In this document: piece after piece, positions 41,163 to 52,563 of the stretch | Layout of the letters: every line of letters begins with the position of its first letter | How positions within the stretch are numbered: position 1 is the first letter of the stretch | Origin: Candidatus Bathyarchaeota archaeon | GTDB lineage: Archaea; Thermoproteota; Bathyarchaeia; Bathyarchaeales; Bathycorpusculaceae | Length of the DNA stretch: 64,000 bases | NCBI GenBank assembly: GCA_963782525.1 | Contig: CAWAKC010000010.1 | Span: 160,001 to 224,000, forward strand | Direction: 5' to 3' | Translations under genes and position numbers: made by a program | The notes under the pieces: model-generated | What the model was told of the DNA's origin: nothing | Database searches by the model: none | The model's input: the letters and a program-made list of their open reading frames with translations, nothing else

Positions 41163-42329
41163 CTAAGGTTTCTTTCTCTTCTTCTTCATAGTCAATGCCA
41201 AGCTTACAACAACCACCGCCACAACGGCGACTAAAACCAAAATTAGCAAAGACATGTCGACTCCGACATTATTGCCTGGACTATTTGGTGTTGATGTGGA
41301 ACCTCCCGTTGAGGTTGTTTGGGGTGTGGTTGGCTGAGGGATAGCTGTTGTTGAGGGAGTGGGGTAACTCTGGAGGTTTGGGCTTCCCTGTTGCTGGGTG
41401 TATACTGAGGATGGTACTGAGCCAGGTCCTGGAGCACTGCTTGCGCCTGATGAATTGGGAACAGCCATTGTCCCAGATGGAGTTGCAGTACCCACGTACG
41501 GTGTTACCCAATAGTTTGGTTGTTGAGCCTGAAGAGTTATTGTCGCGTTTGTTTGAGGTGGAAGGACTATTGCTGAACCCGCCAGACCAGTATAAATTGG
41601 ATATGCGATTATCACCCCGTTCACAGCTTGGCCAGAAGCGCCAACATTTGGCGGCGTTAAAGAACCGGTTTCGTTAGACGGAATCCAAATCCAAGCATTA
41701 ATTTGAACGGGCGCGGTAGGTGCGATTAGATTTGCAACGCCGTCCGCTCCGGTCGTAGCCCAAGTAACAACGTTCGGTTCATATCCCCAGTAATATGAGG
41801 AACCAATTACTGACGCCGATACTGAGGCACCTACGGCAGATGTTCCATTGGCATATTGAACGGTCACGGCAAGCGGGTTTGTTGGGAATTGAGTGACGTT
41901 TTGGGTAGTAATAGTGAATGTTGTTGAGCTTGAAATCTGCTTCACCGAAAAACCGTATTCAACGGCTGGAGCTATGTAAATGGGCAACGAGGGAATACTC
42001 GAAGAGCTCGCCACGCCACTGGACGCAGACAGCAGCGGAACAGGATAGACCGAATTAGATTCATTATTTGCAGTCACAGTGAAAATGAATTGACCATTGG
42101 GCAGGTCAAAAGAGGCTGCAGAATAATGGGTCTGAACTGATGAATCCAGATAGCCGCTCATGTTGAAGGCGTTAACGACGAAATAGTCTGCTTGGATGCT
42201 TGAGGTTTGAATGCTGACCTCTACATTGTTAAGTGTGACTGCGCTAACTGGCGAAAAAGAACCTAAACCAAGAATACCTAAACCTACGATGCTGACGACC
42301 GTGATTAAAAGCAAAAAATTTCTTTGCAT
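41163..42329 (-). CDS. Secreted Ser/Thr/Pro-rich cell-surface protein with C-terminal TM anchor
   Basis: Signal peptide, Ig-like beta segments, TM plus KKKRKK. Confidence 0.75.
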   Translation of the reverse strand: MQRNFLLLITVVSIVGLGILGLGSFSPVSAVTLNNVEVSIQTSSIQADYFVVNAFNMSGYLDSSVQTHYSAASFDLPNGQFIFTVTANNESNSVYPVPLLSASSGVASSSSIPSLPIYIAPAVEYGFSVKQISSSTTFTITTQNVTQFPTNPLAVTVQYANGTSAVGASVSASVIGSSYYWGYEPNVVTWATTGADGVANLIAPTAPVQINAWIWIPSNETGSLTPPNVGASGQAVNGVIIAYPIYTGLAGSAIVLPPQTNATITLQAQQPNYWVTPYVGTATPSGTMAVPNSSGASSAPGPGSVPSSVYTQQQGSPNLQSYPTPSTTAIPQPTTPQTTSTGGSTSTPNSPGNNVGVDMSLLILVLVAVVAVVVVSLALTMKKKRKKP

Positions 42330-42449
42330 AAGAGCCCTCTGATACTTAATTTCTTGGGTTGATATAAAGTTCGCTAAAAATTCCTACCTATTGACACCCT
42401 TTGGCGGTATAGCAGAACCACGAAGACGTTTGCACAAATATTGATCTAT

Positions 42450-42581
42450 CTAAGCCTGTCTTGTCTGTTGTCTTTCGAGTCTGCCGAGTTTTTTCTTTTT
42501 GCGTGCATCGTCTCTATCTTTCTTTTTTCGAGGCTGAGGCTTTCCCCGATCTTGTTCACCTGTTTCGCCCTTCTTACTCAT
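42450..42581 (-). CDS. 43-aa highly basic peptide
   Basis: Manual translation MSKKGETGEQDRGKPQPRKKKDRDDARKKKKLGRLERQQTRQA*; GGAGA upstream; directly downstream of the fasciclin gene. Confidence 0.4.
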   Translation of the reverse strand: MSKKGETGEQDRGKPQPRKKKDRDDARKKKKLGRLERQQTRQA

Positions 42582-42613
42582 CTCACAGTCTCCTTCTGAT
42601 TGTTAGTCTATTC

Positions 42614-43315
42614 TTAATGCCCTTTTGACTCATGATGAGTTGAATCAAGATGTCTCTCCATCTCTGCGTGACTCTTGAAGGGTCTTCCGCAGATTGGACA
42701 AAGAATCTGATTAGGGTCTAATCCTCTCAAGGGAACTTCTCTAGTGATTGGCATTTGTTCCATGTTTTTTGCAGCTACAAGCGTGGTCTCGGTGGGTACC
42801 ATTAGTTCTTGCTCTTTCTCTTCTTTATGGCCCATTTTGGTGTGGGTATTCAACGCTTCCATGTTCATGAAGCCCATTCCGCATACGGGGCAGGTTAAAA
42901 TCATGTTTGGCATAAGAACCCTGTCTAAAACATGAATTAACCCGTTGTCTGCTACGATGCCGGTGTCCGTTATGTTTGCGTCGTTGATTTTGGGGTTCAC
43001 GTGGAGATGCAATTTTTGGGCGTTAATTTTGACTTCTTGCCCCTGAATTGTTTTGACTGAATCCATTTTGCTGATTTCGTCAATGGTTAGTTTTCCCGCA
43101 ACGATGTGGTACATTAGAACTGCTGTCAACTTAGGCACGTCCTTTAGAAGACCGTCAACTGCGCCTGGGGGAAGTTTGGCGAAAGCTTCATCGTCGGGCG
43201 CAAAAACAGTGAAAAGGCCGCCTCTGAGCGTGTCAACTAGTTCTGCTGCTTGAACTGCTGAAACAAACCTCTTGAAAGTTCCAGCCACCATAATTGTGTC
43301 AAGTATGTCTCCCAT
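42614..43315 (-). CDS. Fasciclin (FAS1) domain protein with two C2H2 zinc fingers
   Basis: FTVFAPDDEAF, LMYHIV, NGLIHVLDRVLMP; CPVC...H..H and CPIC...H...H. Confidence 0.9.
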   Translation of the reverse strand: MGDILDTIMVAGTFKRFVSAVQAAELVDTLRGGLFTVFAPDDEAFAKLPPGAVDGLLKDVPKLTAVLMYHIVAGKLTIDEISKMDSVKTIQGQEVKINAQKLHLHVNPKINDANITDTGIVADNGLIHVLDRVLMPNMILTCPVCGMGFMNMEALNTHTKMGHKEEKEQELMVPTETTLVAAKNMEQMPITREVPLRGLDPNQILCPICGRPFKSHAEMERHLDSTHHESKGH

Positions 43316-44154
43316 TCATTTTTCCTCCAAAGAAATAATCGGGTAACTGTTATGCCGATTGCTTGGCAATATGAGTGAAGCCAGAAGGCTACATATAGTA
43401 TTGTGACTGTGGTTAATCAACAACAAAACAAATTTTTGTTTTTTTAATTCTTTAAGAATCGTTTTTGAGGTTGTTAAGACCCGTAAAATTCTTTTTTGTT
43501 CTTTTTGTGTGGGTGTGGCGCTGTAAAGTTGGACACTACACTTGGGGCTTTGGAAATGGTTGCTTTTTTGGTTTGGGTTGTTTTTTATTTGTGGTTTTGG
43601 TGTGGGCGGTTGGATTTGTGCTCACGGTCAACATGGGTTCTATGTTGAGTAGTGTGAGTGTGAGTGTGGGAGTATGTTGGCGATTCTATTTTTGTGTCAT
43701 GTGTATGATTTTTCTTTCTGTCATCCTAAACTATGGTAATCCTTCTTTACCGAATGTTATTAGTCTAGGTTAACTGCACTGTCGCTTAACTTTGGGTCTT
43801 GGTCTCCAAACGTGCTGGTTATCTGTTTCTTTATCGGATAGACATGTCGCATTTCTGCAATTATAACTTTGAAAACGAACGAATTCCACTTAGCAACAGC
43901 CAAGACAGTTCTAGATGCTTCGAGGCTTGTTGAAGCAGGCTTTGATCATGGCTGCGATTTCGGTGAACTCAAATTATTCAGAAAGCACAAGTAGACCCTA
44001 TTTAAAACAGGGGCATAGATTATCGCTGTGGCGGCTGGGATTTGAAACCTCTAGTCCCTGGAGATGTCACCTGCAAATCCTCTTTTTTATTGTCAAAGAA
44101 AAGAACTACTGATTTATGTGACTAACGAATGAAACAAGGATGGCTCCAAAGGTG

Positions 44155-44595
44155 TTATTTGACGGAGTATACTTTGAAGGTGTATTCGCCTGTCGCCATG
44201 TTGTAGGTAGCTTCTGACCAGCCTTTGGTTGTATTCAGGTATGCGAGTTTTTGGGAAGGCGTTTGAAAAGTCAGGTTTGCCTCAATCTTTCCAATCGGAG
44301 TTGGGTCAATAAGTTTACCGCTGGCCTTTCCCATTACGAAGATAGGTTCGCCGTTGCTAAATATGATTGATTTGAGGTCAAGATCACTTATTCCGCCTGG
44401 CTTCATGAGAATGTTATGCGTGGACATAATTTGTCCAGTGACTTTGCCACTTACTTTTCCAGCAACCGTGATGTCAAGCCTTACGCCTTCAGGAGTGAAT
44501 TCCTTTATATTGACTGAGCTGGTGTTCTCTGTTCCTTCAAAAAGCAGTTCTTTTTCCATAGTGTTTACCTTTAAAGTTTGATTGAAGGTTAGCAA
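44155..44595 (-). CDS. Hypothetical beta-barrel-like protein
   Basis: 146-aa ORF; FQTPSQKLAYLN motif. Confidence 0.65.
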   Translation of the reverse strand: MLTFNQTLKVNTMEKELLFEGTENTSSVNIKEFTPEGVRLDITVAGKVSGKVTGQIMSTHNILMKPGGISDLDLKSIIFSNGEPIFVMGKASGKLIDPTPIGKIEANLTFQTPSQKLAYLNTTKGWSEATYNMATGEYTFKVYSVK

Positions 44596-45210
44596 GTTAA
44601 GCGTTTGTGATTGTTTGTGGGCTACTACAAGAGATCGTCGAAGCGGCTATGAAGTTTGAGGAGGCTCTTTTCGGAACCCACCCCTGAACATTATGTCAGG
44701 ATGGGCTTTTGCCTGAAGCATGATTTCCTTCCCTGTTATGGGTTTAAGAAAGTTGTTTGCTTGCGAATTGCCTTGGATTCTTTCCAATTATTGATAAACT
44801 AATCACTAATGCCTTTCAAAATTTCAGATGAATCAAATCACTTATTGGATGAACTTCAACTAGTTTCATTTTAGACAAAATAAGCTCAAAAACAACACTA
44901 ACTTGTAAAATGGCGCGGGAGGGGGATATAGTCCCAATTTACCAGTAAAACGATCTTAAGGATTAGACCGACAAGAGTATATCAAACTTGGTAAGTCCTA
45001 GTGCTTAATCTGAAAACTTACTTTAAAGACTCCAGCTCTACGTTTCCAAAGGTTCATTCAACCCATAGAAGATGTTTGTTCAGTGAAAATTACAACCTGG
45101 TTATCGACGTAACCTTTAATGACCGATACTTAATCGAGAGGATGTTACTAGCAAAAAGAAAACATAAAAAGATTGAAAGATTTTCTAAATCAGAGTTTCT
45201 TTTACCACGC

Positions 45211-45503
45211 CTAAGTTAGTCTCAAGTAGAGGGATACTTGATCTTTTGTTACTTTAAGGTTTAATCCATTTTCGGTGCAACATAACGCGCCTTTTTCTAA
45301 CGCAGAAATTGCCAATGTGTTTCTGGGAAGGTCAAACAACGCGGGTTTTACACCAAGGATTTGTTCGCTAGCTTCCTTGGTTAATTCGATTTCAAGGTGA
45401 GTTATTTTCCACTCTTCGGATCTATAATGGCGTCTTTTACTTTGCCCACGACAAAACCGTTTGCGCCCGTTAAAATTTGGTTAACTAATTGATTAAATTT
45501 CAT
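45211..45503 (-). pseudogene. PRC-barrel domain protein, frameshifted
   Basis: Manual translation MKFNQLVNQILTGANGFVVGKVKDAIIDP / EWKITHLEIELTKEA...; 293 nt, one base short of frame. Confidence 0.65.
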
Positions 45504-45959
45504 CAAAATCTACTCCAATTAAAATATAACTGTTTTTTTCTTATAAAGTATTTCGGTTGCCAAACACACGCACCGACAACTACCGACCCCATAAAAATCA
45601 AAACCACCTTTAGCCTAGCAATATACATAATTAAAGCAGTTGGTGAATACGGAAACGATAGACAAATAGTTAACAAAAATAGAAAACTCGCCGATATTAC
45701 CCATTAAGACGTCATAAAGCTAGCTCAAAACCCAAGAAACAAAGATTTGTCTAAAAACCTTTAATACGCTTTAGATTTGTCGGACAGGCGCAAATATGGA
45801 GGATGATGATTTCGGTCTACGGTATTTTCCTCTATAATATTGCCTCTTCCATCTTAAAGCTATTTCCAACTCGAGTTGGAACCTTCCAAATTTGTTGGAT
45901 CCAAGTTCTGATAATAAACTTGGAAAAAACGCTGATAAATCTTGGTTTTTTCGATGTGC

Positions 45960-46190
45960 CTATCTTTTTTCTGGCAAGATTGGGTCACCTGGCAGGTAAA
46001 CTGCTTTTTTACTGATTTCTGCACTGCAGGATCCAGCGTGGGCTCTGCAATAATCTTCGCAGTCTTGTGCTATGTTTTTTTCTGAGTATCCAAGACCGCA
46101 AATATCACATAGAAAAACCGTTTTGTTTCCGATCTTTTTTTCTGTAACCAACAGAAACGCTTCCATAAGAATTACTAATACGTCTGGCAT
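45960..46190 (-). CDS. Small Zn-finger protein
   Basis: FLCDICGLGY...AQDCEDYC...C. Confidence 0.65.
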   Translation of the reverse strand: MPDVLVILMEAFLLVTEKKIGNKTVFLCDICGLGYSEKNIAQDCEDYCRAHAGSCSAEISKKAVYLPGDPILPEKR

Positions 46191-46410
46191 TTAAAAATAA
46201 GTTGACCCAAGTAGCTGAAAAATTCGATCTAACTATCAGGAGAAAGAGCAGGAGACAAGTCTTTGAACATTCTAATAACGTATCAAGTCATACTCTTTTT
46301 CTCCACGAACCTTTTTGACTTCGGTTGCCTTGTTGCGTAGCCGTGAAAGAAATACTTCGAGATAGCTTTTTGTTAAGAATTTTGCTTGGATAGAGGTTTC
46401 TTATTGTTCA

Positions 46411-48729
46411 ATGCTAGTAACACCTGTATTAGTTCAATGTTGGGTGACGAAGTTGGCGATTGATTCTTTAGCTGCCGGATGGACGAAAGCACTCAGTGTC
46501 GATAGGAAACAGTTTAACTTATTTGTCGAGAAGATGATGGATGGATTTGCCTATCATAGAATTGTGGTCGATACGAATGGTAAACCTGTTGATTATGTTT
46601 TTCTTGAGGTTAACGATGCTTTTGAAAGAATGACAGGACTAAAAAAAGAGAGACTCTTAGGTAAGAAAGTAACTGAAGTTCTCAATGGAATACAGAACGA
46701 CCCCGCAAACTGGATTGGAGTTTACGGGCGAGTTGCAATTACTGGAGAGGCAATTCAATTTGAGAACTATGCTGAATCTCTTGATATGTGGTTTAATGTT
46801 TCTGCTTACTGCCCAGAAAAAGGCTATTTTGTTGCTCTTTTTGAGGACATTACAGAACGCAAAAGATCAGAACGAGAGCTTTTGAGGACAAAGAACGATT
46901 GGGAACGTACGTTCGATAGCGTTCCCGATCTCATCGCCATTATCGATAATAAGCACAAGATTGTGCGCGCAAACAAAGCCATGGCTCAGCGGTTGGGAGT
47001 CACTCCTGAAAAAGCCATCGGACTCGATTGTTTCACTTGTGTTCACGGAGATACGGCGCCGCCAGAATTCTGCCCTCACTCCAAATCCATCAAAGATGGA
47101 AAAGAACACATCGCCGAAGTCCATGAGCCACATCTCGGAGGCGACTTTCTCGTAAGCACTACGCCGCTGTTTGACGAAAAAGGGTGTATAGTAGGCTCTG
47201 TCCATGTGGCTAGAAACATAACAGACCGCAAGAAGGCTGAAGAAGAAATTAAACGGGTAAACGAAGAGTTGGAAGAGATGGTTCTCAAACGCACAGAAGA
47301 GATTTATGGCGAACGCCACCGCCTTTATAGCATTCTTGAAGCGCTTCTTGTTTATGTTATATTACTTGACAAGAATTATTGTGTGCCATTTGCTAACAAG
47401 GTCTTCCGCGAGCGTTTCGGTGAGTCGCATGGAAGACGCTGCCATGAGTTCTTGTTTAAACGTGACTTACCTTGTGAAAATTGCGAATCCTACAAGGTCC
47501 TGAAAAATAATGGGCCTCATCACTGGGAATGGACCGGTCCAGATGGCCGCGATTATGACATTTATGACTTTCCGTTCGTGGAAGCGGACGGCTCAACTCT
47601 TATCCTCGAGATGGGAATCGACATTACAGAGCGCAAACGCGCTGAAAAACAAATACGCGATGTTTCTCTATACTCACGTAGCCTCATAGAAGCAAGTTTG
47701 GACCCTCTGGTCACCTTCAATGTTGAGGGTAAAATCACCGATGTTAATCAAGCAACAGAATTTGTCACAGGTTGCTCAAGAGAAGAATTGATTGGCAGCG
47801 ACTTCGCGGATTACTTTACTGAACCTGAAAAAGCCAAGATGGGATATAAACGGGTCTTCAATGAGGGGTTTGTACGAGATTACCCACTGGCAATTAGACA
47901 TAAATCTGCAAAAATAACCGATGTATTATACAATGCTGCCCTTTACACAAATGAAGCAGGCGAGATGCAAGGTGTTTTTGCAGCGGCAAGAGACATTACA
48001 CAACTAAAGAAGGCTGAACAACAAGCTGAGGAAAGCGCTAAGAAACTAAAAGATGCTGAGCGTTTAGCTGCGATTGGGGCTACTGCAGGTATGGTTGGTC
48101 ATGACATTCGTAACCCGTTGCAAGCAATAACAAGCGACGTTTTCCTAGCTAAAACTGAATTGGCCTCGACTCCAGAAAGTGATGAGAAAGCAAATGCGTT
48201 AGAAAGCTTAATAGAAATTGAGAAGAATGTTGATTATATTAACAAGATTGTAGCGGATCTTCAAGATTTTGCCAGACCCCTAAAACCAAATGTAGAAGAA
48301 ACCGACATAAAACTCGTAATTGACGAATTATTGGCAAAGAACGGTTTGCCTGAAAACGTGAAGGTGAGTGTTAGAGTGGAATCTGATGCTCGAAAAGTTT
48401 TGGCTGACTCCGCTTACATAAACCGTATCATGTACAATTTAGTGAATAATTCAGTTCAAGCAATGCCCAAAGGCGGAAAACTAACCATAAATGCTTACAA
48501 AGAAACGAACGATTCTATCATAACAGTTGAAGACACAGGTGTTGGGATTGCTGAAAGCGTGAAGGGCAAGTTGTTTACACCAATATTCACAACAAAAGCG
48601 AAAGGTCAAGGATTTGGCTTAGCTGTGATCAAACGTATGACTGAAGCGTTAGGCGAAACCGTCTCTTTTGAGAGTCAAGAAGGCAAGGGAACAACTTTCA
48701 TGATACGTTTGCCCTCACCAAAGGGCTAA
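46411..48729 (+). CDS. Multi-PAS sensor histidine kinase
   Basis: Four PAS/PAC units ending in DITE/NITD motifs; H-box GHDIRNPL; N-box NLVNNS; G boxes DTGVG and GQGFGL. Confidence 0.95.
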   Translation: MLVTPVLVQCWVTKLAIDSLAAGWTKALSVDRKQFNLFVEKMMDGFAYHRIVVDTNGKPVDYVFLEVNDAFERMTGLKKERLLGKKVTEVLNGIQNDPANWIGVYGRVAITGEAIQFENYAESLDMWFNVSAYCPEKGYFVALFEDITERKRSERELLRTKNDWERTFDSVPDLIAIIDNKHKIVRANKAMAQRLGVTPEKAIGLDCFTCVHGDTAPPEFCPHSKSIKDGKEHIAEVHEPHLGGDFLVSTTPLFDEKGCIVGSVHVARNITDRKKAEEEIKRVNEELEEMVLKRTEEIYGERHRLYSILEALLVYVILLDKNYCVPFANKVFRERFGESHGRRCHEFLFKRDLPCENCESYKVLKNNGPHHWEWTGPDGRDYDIYDFPFVEADGSTLILEMGIDITERKRAEKQIRDVSLYSRSLIEASLDPLVTFNVEGKITDVNQATEFVTGCSREELIGSDFADYFTEPEKAKMGYKRVFNEGFVRDYPLAIRHKSAKITDVLYNAALYTNEAGEMQGVFAAARDITQLKKAEQQAEESAKKLKDAERLAAIGATAGMVGHDIRNPLQAITSDVFLAKTELASTPESDEKANALESLIEIEKNVDYINKIVADLQDFARPLKPNVEETDIKLVIDELLAKNGLPENVKVSVRVESDARKVLADSAYINRIMYNLVNNSVQAMPKGGKLTINAYKETNDSIITVEDTGVGIAESVKGKLFTPIFTTKAKGQGFGLAVIKRMTEALGETVSFESQEGKGTTFMIRLPSPKG

Positions 48730-48797
48730 ACGGTATGCCGTCAAAGAAATTGTAAAAACTAACTGAAAGGCTAACATAACCCACGCCAAATAACCAT

Positions 48798-49190
48798 GTG
48801 GATGGTATTGCCATAGTAATTGAGTTGTGTTTTATGTCAAAGAATTTGCCTAATAAAAAGCAGCACCAAGCAGTTGAAAGAATTTTGAGGACGGTGCCAT
48901 ACGAGGAAGGTTTCAATTTCTATATTAATATTGGTCAACCGACTAAATATACTGCATCAAGTCTGGAACAACTCGCTAATGAACTTGAAGTTGTAGAGAC
49001 AACGTCAGTTAACTTTCATTTTAATAGAGCAAACTTTCAAGAATGGATCAGTAAAATATTGGAAGATATTGAATTATCCCGCAGATTGGACAGAATTCCA
49101 AAGGATATTGTTGGCAAACAGCTGAGAAAAAAGATTATTGAATTTGTAAAAGCACGAAAAGATGAACTTAGCAAGTTTCAACTTTCATAG
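48798..49190 (+). CDS. DUF5752-like protein
   Basis: ILRTVPYEEGFNFY...ASSL...SVNFHFNRANFQEWI. Confidence 0.7.
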   Translation: MDGIAIVIELCFMSKNLPNKKQHQAVERILRTVPYEEGFNFYINIGQPTKYTASSLEQLANELEVVETTSVNFHFNRANFQEWISKILEDIELSRRLDRIPKDIVGKQLRKKIIEFVKARKDELSKFQLS

Positions 49191-49833
49191 CTCCACGCAT
49201 CTTAGAAACAGGACTGTAATGAGTGTCTTTGGTGTAGTGGCGAGTTAATTTCTTGCAGCCAAGACACATTAGCCATCCTGCAAAGTGCGCGTAAGCCAAA
49301 TGCGCGCTATGTCTTAATCAATACGTGGGTTCAAATCAGTCCACTGCCTAATTGCCAAAATAACACACGCTAAAACCTCAAACAAGTGAAGTTTCGCAAA
49401 TTTTGACATAGGTTCGAATCTGCCCGTCTATATAGAATAGCGCTTCTATCTCGTCGCTTTGAGAAAATTACTCCCGTTCGCATTGACCCCTTTTTCGGTA
49501 GGGATTAAAGGAAAAACAGAATTGAAAACGCTACACTAAATGTCCCAACGAATAGACTGTAGGGTACAGCGATTAATGGAATGCTAAAACTAAACCCAAG
49601 AAGGAAGATATGCCGAGCAAAGCCAAACCATCAAGAGCATTTAATTCCAGTGACTATTATTATGTCTTTTTTCATCTTAGAATCTTGAAAAAGAGTTTAG
49701 CTATTCTTATGTTAGAGAGGTCATTGAAAAAACCAGGTATTGCTAAGGTTGAAAGGGCTTTTAAAAATAAAATAAAACCATCTGCATTTGTTTGTGCTTA
49801 ACCATTTTGTTCATTATGGTGCAAACCGCTAAA

Positions 49834-51099
49834 TTAAAGCGGATAAGTTGGTATGTAGTCGGGCGCGTTTACGTCTTCATCAGTCGACGGCATTTCTTCA
49901 AATGGGTCTTTTTCGTATGCTCTTCTTAGGAGGAGTGGCGCCAAAATAGTCGTAAACATAATCATTCCCAAAATAGCAGCGTAAGTACTTCGAGTAATGG
50001 CTCCTGCAGAGATGGCAACTCCCGCCACTATAAGTCCTACTTCTCCTCGCGAAATCATTCCATAACCTACCTTAAGTCCTTTAGAACGGTCTTTCAAAAA
50101 GAAGACAGCAGGCAAACCACATCCAATCATTTTGCTAATTACTGCCACTATTACAAGCGCTATGAAAAACAGATAGAAGAACCAGTCAGAAGTAATAAAG
50201 CTCCTAAGATCAAGCTGAGCGCCAGCCAAACCAAAGAAAACAGGTGAAAAAATAACGCTGATCTTTTTGGTATAATCGCGTATCTTCTCAATCGTATGAG
50301 AACTCGCAACAGCCATACCAGCAGCAAAAGCACCTACAATAGGCGATAATCCTAAAACAGCTGCCAACGCAGATGCACCAAAACATGCCGCCGTAGCTGC
50401 CGCCTCAGTTGTTGCCTCGGAACCTTTTGAGAAAAAATCAATTATTTTTGGAAGGATAAAGGCTGCGAAAACTGTCAAAGCAAGCCACAATCCAAGTGAC
50501 GTAAGAATTACAACAACCACGTTTATTGCCGTAATTGGAGTTGAGGTGGAAATGAATGAAACGATTACGCCTAGGATTGCAAGCCCCAACACGTCATCTA
50601 TAACACCAGCACTGATCATCATTTTTGATTCGATGTTTCTGCTTCGGTTAAGTTCCTGCAGCACGAGAGCGGTTATAGAAATACTGGTGGCTACAAGCGC
50701 GGCTCCAACCACTAAACCCGTTATCGTTCCTAATCCAAGAACAAGCGAGAGCCCGTAACCCATAATGAAGGGAATAATGACACCGATCGTTCCAATGACA
50801 AAACCAGGTGCGCCGACTTTTCGGAAATCTCTAAAGGTCATTTCTAAGCCTGCGACAAACAGGATAAGTATGCCGCCTATTTCTCCGAATGCTAGAACTA
50901 TTTCATTTATTTGAATTATCGGCGTTCCATTTATTGCTATTATGGAACCTAAAGCGAAAGGACCGAGAATAATTCCAGCAGCTAACTCGCCTAAAACTGA
51001 TGGAATTTTTCTCCAAGAAAAAATCTCGCCAAGCACCTTGGCTGAGAAAACCAAGATGCAAATCGTCACAATCGCTCTCAGCACAGGGTCTAATGCCAT
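49834..51099 (-). CDS. CPA2 cation:proton antiporter (NapA/KefB-like)
   Basis: GELAAGIILGP, LFVAGLE, ATSISIT, IDDV, SRGEVG. Confidence 0.9.
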   Translation of the reverse strand: MALDPVLRAIVTICILVFSAKVLGEIFSWRKIPSVLGELAAGIILGPFALGSIIAINGTPIIQINEIVLAFGEIGGILILFVAGLEMTFRDFRKVGAPGFVIGTIGVIIPFIMGYGLSLVLGLGTITGLVVGAALVATSISITALVLQELNRSRNIESKMMISAGVIDDVLGLAILGVIVSFISTSTPITAINVVVVILTSLGLWLALTVFAAFILPKIIDFFSKGSEATTEAAATAACFGASALAAVLGLSPIVGAFAAGMAVASSHTIEKIRDYTKKISVIFSPVFFGLAGAQLDLRSFITSDWFFYLFFIALVIVAVISKMIGCGLPAVFFLKDRSKGLKVGYGMISRGEVGLIVAGVAISAGAITRSTYAAILGMIMFTTILAPLLLRRAYEKDPFEEMPSTDEDVNAPDYIPTYPL

Positions 51100-51251
51100 T
51101 AACTACACCTATCTAATTGGAAGGCACAAGGACACTTTCATATTTAAATTTGCTAGCGTGACGTGTTTTTTCTAAATGTTCAAAAACGATCGAAATTGAA
51201 AGTGAGCGATGGTTAAGCGCAATAACTTGGTGGGTTTCGATGGTAAGTAAA

Positions 51252-52508
51252 CTATTGTTCTATCGTTTTGGTTTTTGCTTTAGTGTTTTTGTCTTTGATT
51301 TTGCGGTTGGGAATTCTTGGCAAAGAAGCGTATAATTTTGATGCTCTGGGAATCCTTATTCTTTTTGTTTCATACAATTTCTTTATAATTGGCATAGCTA
51401 TGAAGGTTGTTAAGATAACAGCCATTACAGCTACAGAATACGTTCCTGTCGAAATTAATCCGCTTGTTAATCCAAGGCTTGCAATAATAAGACCCATTTC
51501 ACCTCTAGGAGTCATGCTAATGCCTATTTTGAGAGAGTCTTTAGTCGAGAACTTTGTCATGCGTGCAGCTACAAAACTACCAATTATCTTGCCTATGAAA
51601 GCCATAGCTGTGATGACCAATCCTAAGAATGCGGCTTGACCGAATACTCTAAGGTTTACTAGAGTACCTATGGAAATGAAGAATATGGGTACGAAGAACA
51701 TGTACAGGCTCTTTGTTTTTTCAAGAACCATCTTAACTTTCACTTGTCTTGTTGATAATGGTAAACCTGCCGCAAACGCCCCAACTATTGCGGACAATCC
51801 AATTGCTGCAGAGATGTAGGCTGCGAAGAAGCCGTATGCTAGCAACAAGAGAATCATGTATTCGTCATCAAGTCTGACTTTGTCGATGGTTCGAACCAGA
51901 ACCTTTGAGCCTAGTAGAACTATTATAACCCAAAATATTACGGCTTTTACAACAACAAGCCCTACATCAAGGCCATTGACTCCACCGGCAGATAAAATGC
52001 TTAGAACAACTGATAGAAGAATTACTGCTACAACATCATCAACAATTCCTGCTCCCAGAATAGTTAACCCGACTGGATTGTTTAGTTTACCCATGTCCTT
52101 TAACAATCGAATAGTGATGCCAATGCTTGTTGCCGTAAAGACAACGCCAAGGAAAAGTGCTTCATTGTTTGAAATTCCAAAAGCCAGTGCTGTATAGTAG
52201 CAGAGGCCTAATGGTATTATTGCACCAAGCACACCAACGGAAAGCGAAGGCAAGAGTTGCTTTCTAAGGTCACCCATCTCTGTTTCTAGACCAATATAGA
52301 ACAACAAAATAATGGCGCCTAACTCGGCAAAGACGCTTACTGTTGCTTGGTCCGAAATTAAATTAAAAATCGAGGGTCAAAGGATGATTCCGACTAAAAG
52401 CTCACCTAAAGCAACGGGGTAGCCAAACCGTTTTATGAGTAAGCCGCCGACGATGGCAGCAACTAAGAGTATGGATAGTTGGAGGACAAAGGAAGTCGGG
52501 TCAGCCAT
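51252..52508 (-). pseudogene. Second CPA2 antiporter with an in-frame TGA at 52377-52379
   Basis: MADPTSF...GELLVGIIL*PS continues in the same frame to LFYIGLE, ATSIGIT, VDDV and PRGEMG. Confidence 0.8.
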
Positions 52509-52563
52509 AAATTTCACTTGAACTTTTCTTATTAATCTATTTTTTTGATGAAAACGGCCTTGC

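Noticed and set aside
49300-49430. Complete tRNA gene
   Set aside because: Only T-loop-like words are present; no cloverleaf or acceptor stem could be built.
16644-52379. In-frame TGA codons (16644, 52377) as recoding or selenocysteine
   Set aside because: The antiporter TGA replaces a conserved Gly (GGA) and neither site is an obvious Cys position. Intact genes here, including both radical SAM genes, end in TGA. Nonsense mutation or base error is simpler.
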